From Syntrophothermus sp. (lineage in GTDB: Bacteria > Bacillota > UBA5301 > JAMCQP01): 40,518 nucleotides of DNA. The stretch is from NCBI GenBank assembly GCA_050260975.1, contig JBLNCV010000162.1, positions 1 through 40,518 of the forward strand. The letters run 5' to 3'. Under the pieces are notes generated by a model. The model saw only the letters and a program-made list of their open reading frames with translations, was not told the origin of the DNA and ran no database searches. Of the stretch, positions 17,444 through 29,871 are shown piece after piece (the first letter of the stretch is position 1; the number at the start of each line of letters is the position of its first letter). The position numbers were made by a program, and so were the translations under genes.

Positions 17444-19366
17444 TCAGTGGATTCCTGCTTGCCACCCCGGTCCCGGCATCCGCTTGTCGCCTGCCCGCCG
17501 CGTCAGCCGCATCTGATCAAAATATTCAAGGAGCGCTATGGCATATTTCCGGCTGGTCTCGAGGCGGTCCCGGAATGCGCCCGTTTCCAGGCTCCCGGTC
17601 TCCCGAAACAATCCCGCCACAATATCTCTGGCCTGCTGGACCGTCTCCGCGTGAAAGAAAACCCCTTCGGCGGCCTTGATCAACCGTTCCCGGCGAATGA
17701 GCAACTGGAGGATCGCTTCCAGCCGTTTCGGCTCGATATGCAAGGCCTGGCTGAGTTCCACAGGACCAGGCGGCGTGGCGCCACCCCGGCGGATCGCCTC
17801 CTCCACGGCGGCATACTCCTTCTCCTCAGCCTGAGAAGCGCCTGCTTTAAAACCGGCCAAACGCACCAACTCTTCTTCCTGGCCTAGCAACCCTTCCCCG
17901 ATCAACCGTTGCAGGAACAGGTTAAAGGGCCGCGGATCCCAACTCCTGGCCAGCCGGCTGCGTAGCTCCTCCTTGGGCATCCCCGGACGCAACGGCTGGC
18001 TCTTGTGAAACTCCTCTAGAACGGCTCCGGCCTTCTTCCTGAGATCCGCGTAGCTTGCCGTTGAGAGGTACCATTCGTTATTCCCCAGGGCGACTACCTC
18101 TCCGGATTTGATCAGCTTTTCAAGTGTTTCCTGGATGATCTGTTTATCCAACAAGGTTTGGCCAAAAAGATCCTCCACGGACCGCAGGTGCGAACCCGCG
18201 CGCTTGAGCGCCAACACGATTAATTCTGCGGGGCTCCCCCGGTCCTCAACGGCCAACTCCGCGAGGGTCTCCGGCCTGAAGCGTTTCCGTCCGGGCGGGT
18301 GCATTTCCAGCAACCGGCCGCCCCCGATGGTATGCGCCGGTGAATACGACCTGATCACAAAGAGATCCCCCCGGATCCCAATCAACGGCTTTTCCGCGCC
18401 AAGTTGCGCATAGGCGGTCTCCCCTGGTTCCAGCATGTCCCGGTCCAGGAGGCGGACCCTGGCCATTATCTCGCTGGCTCCCACATGCAGCCTGACCCTG
18501 GCCCCGTTCCGCATAGCCTGCGCCGACGCCAAAAGATGCAACGTGGCGTCCGCCAGAGTGGTCGGTTCAAGCACTCCGGGCGTGGCTACCACGTCTCCTC
18601 TGGCCACCTCCTGCTTTTCTACCCCGACCAGATTCAAGGCCACCCTTTGCCCGTTTTCCGCTGATTTTACCGGGTTGTCGTGGACCTGGATCTGCCGGAC
18701 TCGGACCTCCCGGCGCTGGGGCAGGATCTCCAGGTTGTCGCCCTCTTTAATCCGTCCTCCGAGCAAGGTACCGGTGACCACCGTACCGTGCCCCGTAATG
18801 GCAAAAACCCGATCCACCGGCAATCGAGCAATCTCCGACCCCTCTTTTGCGGCAGCGGCGGCTACCACCTCCTCGATCCGCTCCAAGAGCTCCGGGATTC
18901 CCTGGCCGGTCACCGCTGAGACGGAGACAATAGGGCTGCCAGCCAGGCTGGTCCCTTCCAACCTTTGCCGGATCTCCTCTTTAACCAGTTCAAGCCACTC
19001 TTCATCCACCAGATCTGTCTTGGTGAGGGCCACTACCCCCTGTTTCACGTGCAACAGGTTGAGGATCTCCAGATGCTCCACGGTCTGGGGCATGACTCCC
19101 TCATCCGCCGCCACCACAAAGAGCACCACGTCGATCCCCGCCACGCCGGCCAGCATATTCTTGATAAACCGCTCGTGCCCCGGCACATCGATCACTGCGG
19201 CACGCCGCCCGCTGGGCAGGGTGAAGGGGGCAAACCCGAGGTCGATGGTGATCCCCCGCTCCCGTTCTTCTTTCAGGCGATCGGTATTCACCCCGGTGAG
19301 CCTGTGGATCAGCGTAGTCTTGCCGTGGTCCACATGCCCGGCGGTGCCGATTACCACGTGTTTCAT
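17444..19366 (-). CDS. selB: Selenocysteine-specific elongation factor SelB
   Basis: [33 protein letters not shown]-terminal winged helix [13 protein letters not shown]. Confidence 0.98.
   Translation of the reverse strand: MKHVVIGTAGHVDHGKTTLIHRLTGVNTDRLKEERERGITIDLGFAPFTLPSGRRAAVIDVPGHERFIKNMLAGVAGIDVVLFVVAADEGVMPQTVEHLEILNLLHVKQGVVALTKTDLVDEEWLELVKEEIRQRLEGTSLAGSPIVSVSAVTGQGIPELLERIEEVVAAAAAKEGSEIARLPVDRVFAITGHGTVVTGTLLGGRIKEGDNLEILPQRREVRVRQIQVHDNPVKSAENGQRVALNLVGVEKQEVARGDVVATPGVLEPTTLADATLHLLASAQAMRNGARVRLHVGASEIMARVRLLDRDMLEPGETAYAQLGAEKPLIGIRGDLFVIRSYSPAHTIGGGRLLEMHPPGRKRFRPETLAELAVEDRGSPAELIVLALKRAGSHLRSVEDLFGQTLLDKQIIQETLEKLIKSGEVVALGNNEWYLSTASYADLRKKAGAVLEEFHKSQPLRPGMPKEELRSRLARSWDPRPFNLFLQRLIGEGLLGQEEELVRLAGFKAGASQAEEKEYAAVEEAIRRGGATPPGPVELSQALHIEPKRLEAILQLLIRRERLIKAAEGVFFHAETVQQARDIVAGLFRETGSLETGAFRDRLETSRKYAIALLEYFDQMRLTRRAGDKRMPGPGWQAGIH
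19041..19056. promoter_or_regulatory. parS site inside selB
   Basis: TGTTTCACGTGCAACA; its reverse complement TGTTGCACGTGAAACA fits the B. subtilis consensus TGTTNCACGTGAAACA. Confidence 0.75.
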
Positions 19367-20772
19367 TCTCGCTGCTCCTCCCCACCAAAAGCCCGTTCAA
19401 TAGCCGTTGCGATCTCCGGCTCTTCATTGGGTGCAACAGTCCGGACGTTTAAAAGAACCCGGTCTTTGTGGATCCTGGCGATTACCGGGGGCTCCTGGGC
19501 GCGCAGGCGAGTTTCCAGTAATTCGCAGGAGATCTCCCGGGGCAAGATGGCCACTGCCTTGCCAGGGATGCTTGCCGATGGCAGGGAACCGCCCCCCGCC
19601 TCCGAAGCGTCGTCTATCACCGCCACCTCGACCCGGCCCGCCAGCCTTTCGGACAACATCCCGGCCAGCCTCTCCGCCGCCTCCGCCACCTGCGCCAAAG
19701 GCCGCGTCAGCATTTCCAGGGTGGGAATCTCCCGCCGCGCCAGTTCCGGGTGAATATAGAGCTGCAACGTTACCTCCAGGGCCGCCAACGTCATCTTGTC
19801 CAGGCGTAAAGCCCTGGCCAGAGGGTTTTTGGCGATACGATCCACCAGTTCCTTCTTTCCCACGATAATTCCGGCCTGTGGCCCCCCCAGAAGCTTATCC
19901 CCGCTGAAGGTTACCAGGTCCACGCCGGCGGCCACGCTGGCCTGAACCATCGGTTCCGGAGGAAGCCCGTACTGTGCCAGATCGACCAGCACCCCGCTGC
20001 CGAGGTCCTCCATCACCAGCACCCCCCGCTCGCGACCCAGGGTTACCAGTTCCGATACCGGCACCTCCTCGGTAAAGCCCAGGATCTTGAAGTTGCTGGT
20101 ATGCACCTTGAGAAGCATGGCCGTCTCGGGAGTAACGGCCCGGCGGTAGTCCTCGAGGTGTGTCTTATTGGTGGTGCCGATCTCCACCAACCTGGCGCCG
20201 CTTTTAGCCATCACTTCCGGAATCCGGAATGACCCTCCGATCTCCACCAGTTGCCCCCGGGAAACCACCACCTCGCGGCCGGCAGCCAGGGTATCCAGGC
20301 AGAGCAGAACCGCCGCCGCGTTGTTATTTACCGCGATGCCGGCTTCCGCGCCGGTAATTCTCTGCAAAAGCCCGGACAGATGCGCATGCCGGGATCCCCG
20401 GCGCCCTTGCGACAGGTCGTATTCCAGGTTGGAATAATGAAACGCCACCCCCTCCAGGGCCTCCCTGGCGGCGGCAGGCAGGAGCGAACGACCCAGGTTG
20501 GTGTGTACGATGATGCCGGTGGCGTTGATTACCCGCCGCAGATTCCTCCGTGACAGCCTGGCCTCCAGGCGCCATCCCAATTCTTCTTCCATCCTGGCGA
20601 TCTTCGCCGCCGGATCGCCATCGGCCCGCGACTCCTCCCGCAATAGGGCCAGTTCCTGCCGGATCGCCTCCACCACTTTTTCCCTGGGCCACCGGCCCAA
20701 AAGCTCCTGGACCGCCGGGGTCCCGAGCAAAGTGTTCACCGCCGGAATTCTCCGCAGGATCTCTTTTTGCAT
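19363..20772 (-). CDS. selA: L-seryl-tRNA(Sec) selenium transferase SelA
   Basis: [49 protein letters not shown] (PLP Lys); overlaps the selB start. Confidence 0.98.
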   Translation of the reverse strand: MQKEILRRIPAVNTLLGTPAVQELLGRWPREKVVEAIRQELALLREESRADGDPAAKIARMEEELGWRLEARLSRRNLRRVINATGIIVHTNLGRSLLPAAAREALEGVAFHYSNLEYDLSQGRRGSRHAHLSGLLQRITGAEAGIAVNNNAAAVLLCLDTLAAGREVVVSRGQLVEIGGSFRIPEVMAKSGARLVEIGTTNKTHLEDYRRAVTPETAMLLKVHTSNFKILGFTEEVPVSELVTLGRERGVLVMEDLGSGVLVDLAQYGLPPEPMVQASVAAGVDLVTFSGDKLLGGPQAGIIVGKKELVDRIAKNPLARALRLDKMTLAALEVTLQLYIHPELARREIPTLEMLTRPLAQVAEAAERLAGMLSERLAGRVEVAVIDDASEAGGGSLPSASIPGKAVAILPREISCELLETRLRAQEPPVIARIHKDRVLLNVRTVAPNEEPEIATAIERAFGGEEQRE

Positions 20773-20791
20773 GTGGATCCATCTCCCAGCC

Positions 20792-21283
20792 CTAGCGGTA
20801 ATTTATAAATTGCAAGGCGATGCCAAAATCCCTGTCCTTCAAACTCTGGATTACCTTTTGGAGCTCATCCTTATCCTTTCCGCTCACCCGGACCTGGTTT
20901 TCCTGGATCTGGGCCTGAACCTTGAGTTTGAGCTCCTTGATGGCGTTGACGATCTCCTTGCCCTTCTCCTTGGGGATTCCTCTCTGGATGGTGATCACCT
21001 GCCGTACGGTGTCGCCGGCCGCCGGCTCCACCTTGCCGTAGCTTAACGCATTTAAGGGAACGCCCCGGCGCACCATCTTGGACTGCAAGATGTCGATAAT
21101 GCTCTTTAGTTTGAAGTCGTCATCAGCGATGATCCGGATCTCGTCGCCCTCCTGGCTGAGCTGGCTTTTGCTCCCCTTGAAATCATACCGCTGCGCGATC
21201 TCTTTGCGCGTCTGGTTGAGCGCATTGTCAACCTCCTGCATGTTCACTTCGGAGACGATGTCGAAAGAATAGTCCCTGGCCAT
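20792..21283 (-). CDS. yajQ: YajQ-family nucleotide/c-di-GMP-binding protein
   Basis: [30 protein letters not shown]...[19 protein letters not shown]. Confidence 0.95.
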   Translation of the reverse strand: MARDYSFDIVSEVNMQEVDNALNQTRKEIAQRYDFKGSKSQLSQEGDEIRIIADDDFKLKSIIDILQSKMVRRGVPLNALSYGKVEPAAGDTVRQVITIQRGIPKEKGKEIVNAIKELKLKVQAQIQENQVRVSGKDKDELQKVIQSLKDRDFGIALQFINYR

Positions 21284-21302
21284 CTCTGTTTTTCACCCTT
21301 CC

Positions 21303-22310
21303 TCAATAGCCTGCCCTCTTGTCCACCACATTGATCATGGGCCGCCCCTCTATCAGCCGCTCCAGATTTTCGATGAAGATCTCCGTGGCCCTCCTCATGT
21401 ACCGGGGGTTCATCCCCGCCATATGGGGGGTAATCAACACGTTGGGGAGATCCCACAGCGGGCTGTCCGCGGGAAGAGGCTCCTCCTCGAAGACATCCAG
21501 GGCCGCCCCGGCAATCCGCCCCTCCTTCAGGGCGCGAATCAGGGCTGGTTCATCCACGACCTTGCCCCGGCTCACGTTAACTAAAATGGCTTCTTTCTTC
21601 ATGATCCCCAGTTGCTCTTCCCCCACGAGATGATAGGTCTCGGCCGTATGAGGCACGGCCAGCACCAGGTAATCCGCGCGCCGGAAGACTTCATCCATCT
21701 GTTCTCGGGGCAGGAACTCATCCAACCCCTCCGGTACCACATTATCGCCAGGCCGGGATCGCTTTGTGGCGATGATGTGCATTCCAAACCCATGTGCGCG
21801 TTTGGCCACCTCCCGCCCGATATCGCCGAACCCGATAATCCCCAGGGTCGCTCCGACAAGTTCCTTGGCGTGCCGCCCGACCCCCTGTTGATCCCATTTA
21901 TGCTCGTTTTGCAGCCGTCTGGCCAGGAACAATCCCCGCGAAAAATAAAGAATCCCGCCAAAGACCTGGTCCGCGATCCCGATTCCCGATGAACCGCTGG
22001 CTTTCGTGACGATCACCGGGCTTTCGACCAGTTCCGGAAAGAGGGCCTTTTCCACTCCGGCGTAGGGAACATGGATCCATTTCAACCGGCCGGCTCCGGT
22101 CAATTCCTCGGGCTTTATGCCATAAGCAAACAGCGCATCCGAATCCGCCAGGTTGGCCTGATACTCCTCTTTATTTCGTGCCCAGACGACAGCCAGATTT
22201 GGGAAACGTTCACGGACCATGCGCACCAAATCCTCGGACAAGGCACCGGCGGCAGCGTTGGGTGGTTGTGGAACACTGAGCAAGACTTTTTCGATCTGCA
22301 CCTGGTTCAA
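21303..22310 (-). CDS. D-isomer-specific 2-hydroxyacid dehydrogenase
   Basis: GFGDIG Rossmann motif, VNVSRG, LDVFEEEPL, ITPHMAG. The true start is probably GTG 22301 given RBS spacing. Confidence 0.93.
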   Translation of the reverse strand: MNQVQIEKVLLSVPQPPNAAAGALSEDLVRMVRERFPNLAVVWARNKEEYQANLADSDALFAYGIKPEELTGAGRLKWIHVPYAGVEKALFPELVESPVIVTKASGSSGIGIADQVFGGILYFSRGLFLARRLQNEHKWDQQGVGRHAKELVGATLGIIGFGDIGREVAKRAHGFGMHIIATKRSRPGDNVVPEGLDEFLPREQMDEVFRRADYLVLAVPHTAETYHLVGEEQLGIMKKEAILVNVSRGKVVDEPALIRALKEGRIAGAALDVFEEEPLPADSPLWDLPNVLITPHMAGMNPRYMRRATEIFIENLERLIEGRPMINVVDKRAGY

Positions 22311-22356
22311 CTCCTCAAAATAATTGGTACTTACTGTTATTTCGTTCCATGTTTAA

Positions 22357-22386
22357 ATTTTATGGTACGCCGGGGATCTCTGTCAA
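22357..22386 (-). promoter_or_regulatory. Putative SigA promoter for the dehydrogenase-yajQ-selAB block
   Basis: TTGACA (22386-22381), 18 nt, TAAAAT (22362-22357). Confidence 0.65.
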
Positions 22387-22477
22387 TCATATAAACAGGG
22401 GCCATGTGCAGACATTCTTCCACCCATGACCCACCTTGCGCGTCGAAAAACTCCGGTCCTCTTCGGCAAAGGAACTC

Positions 22478-24964
22478 TTATAAATCCGGGGGTTGCCCTT
22501 TTTGCGCCGCAACATTCTTTTCAACCTCGTCATCCTCATCCTTGCTGGCCAGATGCGCCAGGGCGACCACATAATCCTGATCGTCAAGTCTCATCAGGCG
22601 CACCCCCTGGGTGTCCCGGCCCATGATGGAGATAGTCTCCACCGGCATCCGGATAATAATGCCCTCCGCGGTGATTACCATGACGTCGTAGTCGGGGCGA
22701 ACCATCTTCACGCCGGCGATTGGCCCATTCTTTTCAGTAAGCTTTAAGGTCTTGATCCCCTTGCCGCCCCGGGACTGCAACCGGTATTCGTCCATGGGGG
22801 TTCGTTTGCCGTAACCGTTTCTGGTCACCACCAGGATATCGGTGCCCGGCTTGACCACATCCATGCCGACCACCCGATCCCCTTCCACCAGGTTGATACC
22901 CCTTACACCGTGCGCTGTACGACCCATGGGGCGTACCTCATCGTCCTCAAACCTGATGCTCAGGCCTCTTTCCGTGACCAGAACGACCTCCTGCTTGCCG
23001 TCGGTCAGCTTTACCCCCACCAGTTCATCGTTTTCCTCCAGGTTGATGGCGATCAACCCACCGGCACGGACATTGTCGAACTCCGACAACGGCGTTTTCT
23101 TCACCGTACCGGCTCTGGTGGTCATAAACAGGTATTGATCCGTATCGAAGGCCCTCACCGGGATGACCGCGTTGATCGTCTCCCCTCGATCAAGCTGGAT
23201 CAGGTTGATGATTGCCATGCCACGGGCATGGCGGCTGGATTCCGGGATCTGGTGGCATTTCAGGCGATAAGCCCGCCCCCGGTTGGTGAAGAAGAGAATA
23301 TTGGTATGCGTGGTGGTGACAAAGAGGTGTTCCACGAAGTCCTCCTCTTTGGTGTTCATCCCCGCCATTCCCCGGCCTCCCCGGCGTTGCGACCGGTAGG
23401 TATCCACCGGCAAGCGCTTGATGTACCCCTGGTGGGTCAGCATCACCACCACATCCTCGTCCGCAATCAGATCTTCCACCTCGATCTGCTCAGCCGGGCC
23501 GGTAATCTCCGAACGGCGCGGATCCGCAAACTTCTCCCGGATGGTGAGGAGTTCTTCCCTGATTACCCCCAGAATCTTTTGCATGTCACCCAGAAGATCC
23601 TTGTAATAGGCGATCTTTTTTAAGAGTTCCTGGTACTCTTCCTCGATCTTCTCGCGTTCCAGCGCCGTCAACTTGCGCAACTGCATGTCGAGGATGGCCT
23701 CGGCTTGTGGCTGAGTGAGGCCGAAGTTGGCCATCAATCCTTCCCTGGCTTCCTCGTAACTTTTAGACCCCCGGATAAGCTTGATCACCGCATCCAGGTG
23801 GTCGATAGCGATCCTCAGCCCTTCCAGGATGTGCGCTTTTTCTTCGGCTTTCTTCAGATCGAACCGGGTGCGGCGGATCACCACATCCTTCTGGTGTTCC
23901 AGATAGTAATGCAGCATCTCTTTGAGGTTGAGAATACGGGGGCGCCCATCCACCAGCGCCAGCATGATCACCCCGAAGGTGTCTTGCATCTGGGTATGCT
24001 TGTAGAGCTGGTTGAGCACTACATTGGGGTTGGCGTCCCGGCGGAGCTCGATCACGATATGCATTCCCTGGCGATCGGACTCGTCGCGCAGGTCCGTGAT
24101 CCCGTCGATCTTCCGTTCCCGGACCAACTCGGCGATCTTTTCGATGAGATTGGCCTTGTTCACCATGTACGGAAGCTCGTTGACCACGATCCGGGTCTTA
24201 CCGTTGTTCATCTGTTCAAAATGGGCCCGCGCCCGCATCTTGACCTGTCCCCGGCCGGTATGGTAGGCGTCCTTGATTCCTTCTTTTCCGAGGATTAAAG
24301 CCCCGGTGGGAAAATCCGGGCCCTTGATAAATTTCATCAAGTCCTTGATAGAGATCTCCGGATCTTCAATGAGCTTGACCAGGCCGTCAACGACCTCTCC
24401 CAGGTTGTGAGGAGGGATATTGGTGGCCATCCCGACGGCAATCCCGGAGGAACCGTTCACCAGCAGGTTTGGAAACCGGCACGGCAGGACCACGGGCTGC
24501 ATCCGGGTCTCATCATAGTTGGGAATAAAGTCCACGGTCTCTTTCTTGATATCGGCCAGCATCTCCATGGCAAGCTTTGAAAGGCGCGCCTCGGTGTAGC
24601 GCATGGCCGCCGGCGGGTCTCCGTCCACCGAGCCAAAGTTTCCGTGCCCATCCACCAAAAGGTACCGGTATGAAAAGTCCTGGGCCATGCGCACCATGGC
24701 ATCGTAAATAGCGGCATCTCCATGAGGATGGTAATGCCCCATTACGTCTCCGACGATCCCCGCCGACTTGCGGTGGGGCCTGTCGGGCGTCAGCCCCAGT
24801 TCGCCCATGGCGTAAAGGATCCGCCGCTGCACAGGCTTGAGCCCGTCCCGTACGTCCGGTAACGCCCGTTCCACGATGACGCTCATGGCGTAATCCAGGT
24901 ACGAGCGGCGCATCTCCCCTTCGACGTCGATTGTAACAACCTTCCCCGTGTTAAAGTTCAACAT
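22478..24964 (-). CDS. gyrA: DNA gyrase subunit A
   Basis: [28 protein letters not shown] (catalytic Tyr), GyrA-box QRRGGRG. Confidence 0.98.
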   Translation of the reverse strand: MLNFNTGKVVTIDVEGEMRRSYLDYAMSVIVERALPDVRDGLKPVQRRILYAMGELGLTPDRPHRKSAGIVGDVMGHYHPHGDAAIYDAMVRMAQDFSYRYLLVDGHGNFGSVDGDPPAAMRYTEARLSKLAMEMLADIKKETVDFIPNYDETRMQPVVLPCRFPNLLVNGSSGIAVGMATNIPPHNLGEVVDGLVKLIEDPEISIKDLMKFIKGPDFPTGALILGKEGIKDAYHTGRGQVKMRARAHFEQMNNGKTRIVVNELPYMVNKANLIEKIAELVRERKIDGITDLRDESDRQGMHIVIELRRDANPNVVLNQLYKHTQMQDTFGVIMLALVDGRPRILNLKEMLHYYLEHQKDVVIRRTRFDLKKAEEKAHILEGLRIAIDHLDAVIKLIRGSKSYEEAREGLMANFGLTQPQAEAILDMQLRKLTALEREKIEEEYQELLKKIAYYKDLLGDMQKILGVIREELLTIREKFADPRRSEITGPAEQIEVEDLIADEDVVVMLTHQGYIKRLPVDTYRSQRRGGRGMAGMNTKEEDFVEHLFVTTTHTNILFFTNRGRAYRLKCHQIPESSRHARGMAIINLIQLDRGETINAVIPVRAFDTDQYLFMTTRAGTVKKTPLSEFDNVRAGGLIAINLEENDELVGVKLTDGKQEVVLVTERGLSIRFEDDEVRPMGRTAHGVRGINLVEGDRVVGMDVVKPGTDILVVTRNGYGKRTPMDEYRLQSRGGKGIKTLKLTEKNGPIAGVKMVRPDYDVMVITAEGIIIRMPVETISIMGRDTQGVRLMRLDDQDYVVALAHLASKDEDDEVEKNVAAQKGQPPDL

Positions 24965-25002
24965 AGCTTTACTCCCTTGACGTTTACTCCATGGCTTGCG
25001 AA

Positions 25003-26928
<1,926 letters not shown>

Positions 26929-27210
26929 TCATACCGTTTCCTCTCCACTCTCACCTTTTTCCAGATAGTCCTTCAGGAAATCCGCTCTCTTTTTCAGGGT
27001 GAGCGAAGAGATGGCGGACAGATAGACGTACTTGTTGGTAATGACAAAAGACTTGGGGTTCCCATCGGAAATATCCTTTACAAAACCCTCTTCTTGAACT
27101 ACCTTCAAAAACTCGTCCGTGCTGCGGGACAGATTTCCAATCTCCATGTCGAAGATTGCGATCACATCCCGGAACGGAATCACGACATCTCCCCCAAGAT
27201 GCAAGAACAT
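26929..27210 (-). CDS. remB: RemB/YaaB (DUF370 family)
   Basis: MFLHLGGDVVI...IAIFD...KSFVIT...VYLSAISSLTLKKR, between recF and gyrB. Confidence 0.88.
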   Translation of the reverse strand: MFLHLGGDVVIPFRDVIAIFDMEIGNLSRSTDEFLKVVQEEGFVKDISDGNPKSFVITNKYVYLSAISSLTLKKRADFLKDYLEKGESGEETV

Positions 27211-27228
27211 GACTCTCCTCCTCCGCTC

Positions 27229-27299
27229 GGTTTCCTTTGAAAAGTCTCTCCTTTACTCCAGAAGCTTCTCGCAACGGAGATTACTTTTCAAAGGAACCC
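27229..27299. repeat. Short inverted-repeat element related to the metG-leader MITE end
   Basis: Perfect 14-bp arms TTCCTTTGAAAAGT (27232-27245) and ACTTTTCAAAGGAA (27283-27296). The interior aaaagtctctcctttactccagaagcttctcgc resembles MITE 2795-2827 aaaagtctccctcctgctccagaagctcttcgc. Confidence 0.7.
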
Positions 27300-28415
27300 T
27301 GTTAAAATTATACCATTTGAAATTCTAAACAGCCGGGATTCTGCCAGTTGCGCTTCTTGAAAGCTGTGTAACCCTGTGGTCGTCATAAATACTTGCACTT
27401 TGCTGCGAATTGCCTCCGTGAGAAACTGCCTGCGGGAATAGTCGAGCTCGGACATAACATCGTCCAGAAGCAAAATCGGGTACTCTCCGGTCTCTTGCCG
27501 CATAAACTCGAGTTCAGCCAGTTTAAGAGCCAAAGCCACCGTCCGCTGCTGCCCCTGTGAACCGAACGTACGCGCATCGACTTTGTTAATCTGGATCGAA
27601 AGCTCGTCCCGGTGCGGACCCATCAGGGTGATCCCGCGCGACAGTTCCATTTTGCGCAGGCTTTGCAACTGGAGGAGAGCCTTTTCACAGGCGGGCCCCT
27701 CTGCAAAAGACGTTTCCCCCAGCCCTGAAATGGAAGGAACATATTTTAATGACAATTCTTCTTTCCCTTCGGTGATCAATTGTTGCATGCGGTTTGCCAG
27801 CGACGCCATCTTCTCCACCGCAGCCATCCGCTGTATAGAGATCTTCACCGCACTTTTGGACAACTGCTCGTCCCACACATCAAGGTGTTGCCTGTCGCCG
27901 CGACCGGCTTGCATCTCTTTCAGAAGGTTATTGCGCTGCAATAAGATTTGGTGATAGCTGATCAATTCATGACGGTACCGGGGGTTCACCTGGGAAAGCT
28001 CCAAATCCAGGAAACGGCGCCTGTAAGCAGGCGCCCCCTTTACCAGCTGGAGATCCTCCGGGGAAAAGGCCACGACGTTGAGATGGCCAAAAAGCTCGCT
28101 CAGCTTCGGCAGATCGGCGCCGTTTACCTTGATGCGCTTGCGCTGGTCTTTTATATACCCTATTTCTAGCGTCACCGTGCCAAACTCCCGGTGAATCTCC
28201 GCTTTTATGTTAAAGCCAGGCGCCTGCCAGTTTACAAACTCCTGATCACGCGATGCCCGGTAAGAGCGCCCGGTGGCAAGCAGATAAATCGCTTCCAGCA
28301 GATTGGTCTTTCCCTGGGCGTTGTCACCTACAAAAATATTCAATGTGGAAACGAAATCGGTGTCCAGCGAGACATAATTTCTAAAATTAGAAAGTTTAAT
28401 GTGTTTCAAAAACAT
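27288..28415 (-). CDS. recF: DNA replication/repair protein RecF
   Basis: NFRNY, GDNAQGKTNLLEAI, RRRFLD, GPHRD, GSQGQQR, LLLDDVMSELD. Confidence 0.97.
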   Translation of the reverse strand: MFLKHIKLSNFRNYVSLDTDFVSTLNIFVGDNAQGKTNLLEAIYLLATGRSYRASRDQEFVNWQAPGFNIKAEIHREFGTVTLEIGYIKDQRKRIKVNGADLPKLSELFGHLNVVAFSPEDLQLVKGAPAYRRRFLDLELSQVNPRYRHELISYHQILLQRNNLLKEMQAGRGDRQHLDVWDEQLSKSAVKISIQRMAAVEKMASLANRMQQLITEGKEELSLKYVPSISGLGETSFAEGPACEKALLQLQSLRKMELSRGITLMGPHRDELSIQINKVDARTFGSQGQQRTVALALKLAELEFMRQETGEYPILLLDDVMSELDYSRRQFLTEAIRSKVQVFMTTTGLHSFQEAQLAESRLFRISNGIILTGFL

Positions 28416-28432
28416 AGTGGGCGCCTTCTCTC

Positions 28433-28483
28433 TCCGTTCTCCCCCTCCATGGGCTCTCCGCGGCGCCTTGACATCCCTGCCAA
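28433..28483 (+). repeat. REP-like unit filling the dnaN-recF spacer
   Basis: tccgttctccccctccatgggctctccgcggcgccttgacatccctgccaa; same family as 2905-3030 and 3219-3267. Confidence 0.65.
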
Positions 28484-28486
28484 ACG

Positions 28487-29593
28487 CTATCTAACCATCA
28501 CCGGCATGATCACATAGGTGTACTCCTCCTCCGACGCCGGCTTGACAAGGCCCGGGCTGTGAACGCCGGTGAGTTCCAAAAGAATCTCCGGCGCATCCAG
28601 TGTCCGGAGCACATCCGTAATAAAGCGAGCGTTGAAAGCGATCTCGGCGTCATTGCCGTCTTTGGTGATCGCCACCTCCTCGTAAGCCTGGCCGACCTCT
28701 GGCACGTTTGCGGAAAGAGTCATCTTCTCCCCGGAGATCTGCAATTTAATCACGTTGGTTCCTTCCCGCCCCAATAATGAAGCCCTCTCCGCCGCCTGTA
28801 GAAACGCCAGCCTCTGGATCTGCACTTTGGTTTGATACTGCTTGGGGATCACCTGCTGGTAACTTGGAAACTGCCCTTCAATAAGGCGGGAGACTATCTT
28901 TATCGCATCAAGTTCAAAAGAGACATGCTTGGGCCCGATAGTGATCTTCATTTCCTCTTCCCCTGATGACGTGGCCAGGCGGCTTGCTTCCAGCAAAGTT
29001 TTCGTAGGGATCAAGGCCTGCGTTCTTTGGTACGTCTGTTCCGCGGGAATCTGGCGCAGAGCCAGCCGTGATGTATCCGTGGCTACCATACGCACTCGAT
29101 TTTCGTCCAATTCCAGCAAAACGCCGGTCAAAAACGGCCGGGTATCATCCAGCGCCACTGCAAAGCTGGTCTCTTTCACCATCTGCCGGAAGGTTGGCTG
29201 TTCAATCTGCAAATACAGATCTCCTTCGTTTTCCGGAAGAGAAGGGAAATCCGCCGCAGGCATGGAGTGCACCAGAAAAACCGACTTGGCGCAGCGAATC
29301 TCTGCCATTTTCTTCTCCTCATCGAAGATCAATTCCACCTCTTCATCCGGCAACCGGCGGACAATCTCCGTAAGGTACTTTCCTTCAAGAACAATACTTC
29401 CTTCCAGGATAGTCTGCACTGGGACAAAACACTCTATTCCCAGCTCCAAATCGGTGGCAAGAAGGCGTAGACGATCTTTGCCGGCTTCCAGGAGGATTCC
29501 GGTCAGGATCGGGAGGGTTGTTTTAGTTGAAACCGCTCTTTGCACTGTTTGAAGGCCCTGATGGAGCGTCTCGCGCGGGCAGATGAAATGCAC
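28487..29593 (-). CDS. dnaN: DNA polymerase III beta clamp
   Basis: LPILTGILL, ATDLE, RPFLTGV, VATDTSRLA, SRLIEGQFPSY, IAFNARF, VIMPV; downstream of dnaA. Confidence 0.97.
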   Translation of the reverse strand: MHFICPRETLHQGLQTVQRAVSTKTTLPILTGILLEAGKDRLRLLATDLELGIECFVPVQTILEGSIVLEGKYLTEIVRRLPDEEVELIFDEEKKMAEIRCAKSVFLVHSMPAADFPSLPENEGDLYLQIEQPTFRQMVKETSFAVALDDTRPFLTGVLLELDENRVRMVATDTSRLALRQIPAEQTYQRTQALIPTKTLLEASRLATSSGEEEMKITIGPKHVSFELDAIKIVSRLIEGQFPSYQQVIPKQYQTKVQIQRLAFLQAAERASLLGREGTNVIKLQISGEKMTLSANVPEVGQAYEEVAITKDGNDAEIAFNARFITDVLRTLDAPEILLELTGVHSPGLVKPASEEEYTYVIMPVMVR

Positions 29594-29871
29594 TTCCGAT
29601 ACCCCCTTGGCTAAAGTTTAAATTCTTCCTGTGGAAAAGTATTTCTTGCCCAATAAAATTGATCTTGTCGTAGTGGTAGTAGTAAGACGTGTGGATTTGT
29701 GGAAAAATCCCCAAAAGCCAATAAAAAAGGCCCAGAGTGATGTTGAGGATCTGTAGATAAAATGTCCTGGTTTTTCACGATTTCAACAGAAGATCTTTGC
29801 CGGGATCTTTATCCACAAGCCATCCACAAAGTTAGGACCAGCCTGTCCACATTCGTTCATATTCCTGTCTC
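29594..29871. other. oriC, dnaA-dnaN part with the unwinding module
   Basis: Minus strand TTTTCCACA (29706-29698), AATCCACA (29697-29690), CGTC, DnaA-trios TTACTACTACCACTACGAC (29685-29667), then an AT-rich tract. Further boxes at 29630-29638, 29752-29760, 29809-29817 (perfect TTATCCACA), 29820-29828 and 29843-29851. Confidence 0.92.

Noticed and set aside
22311-22477. Searched this and the other spacers for tRNA-Sec (selC) or an rRNA operon after gyrA
   Set aside because: No cloverleaf, TCA-anticodon arm or rRNA-like sequence seen; the spacers are too short or otherwise explained.
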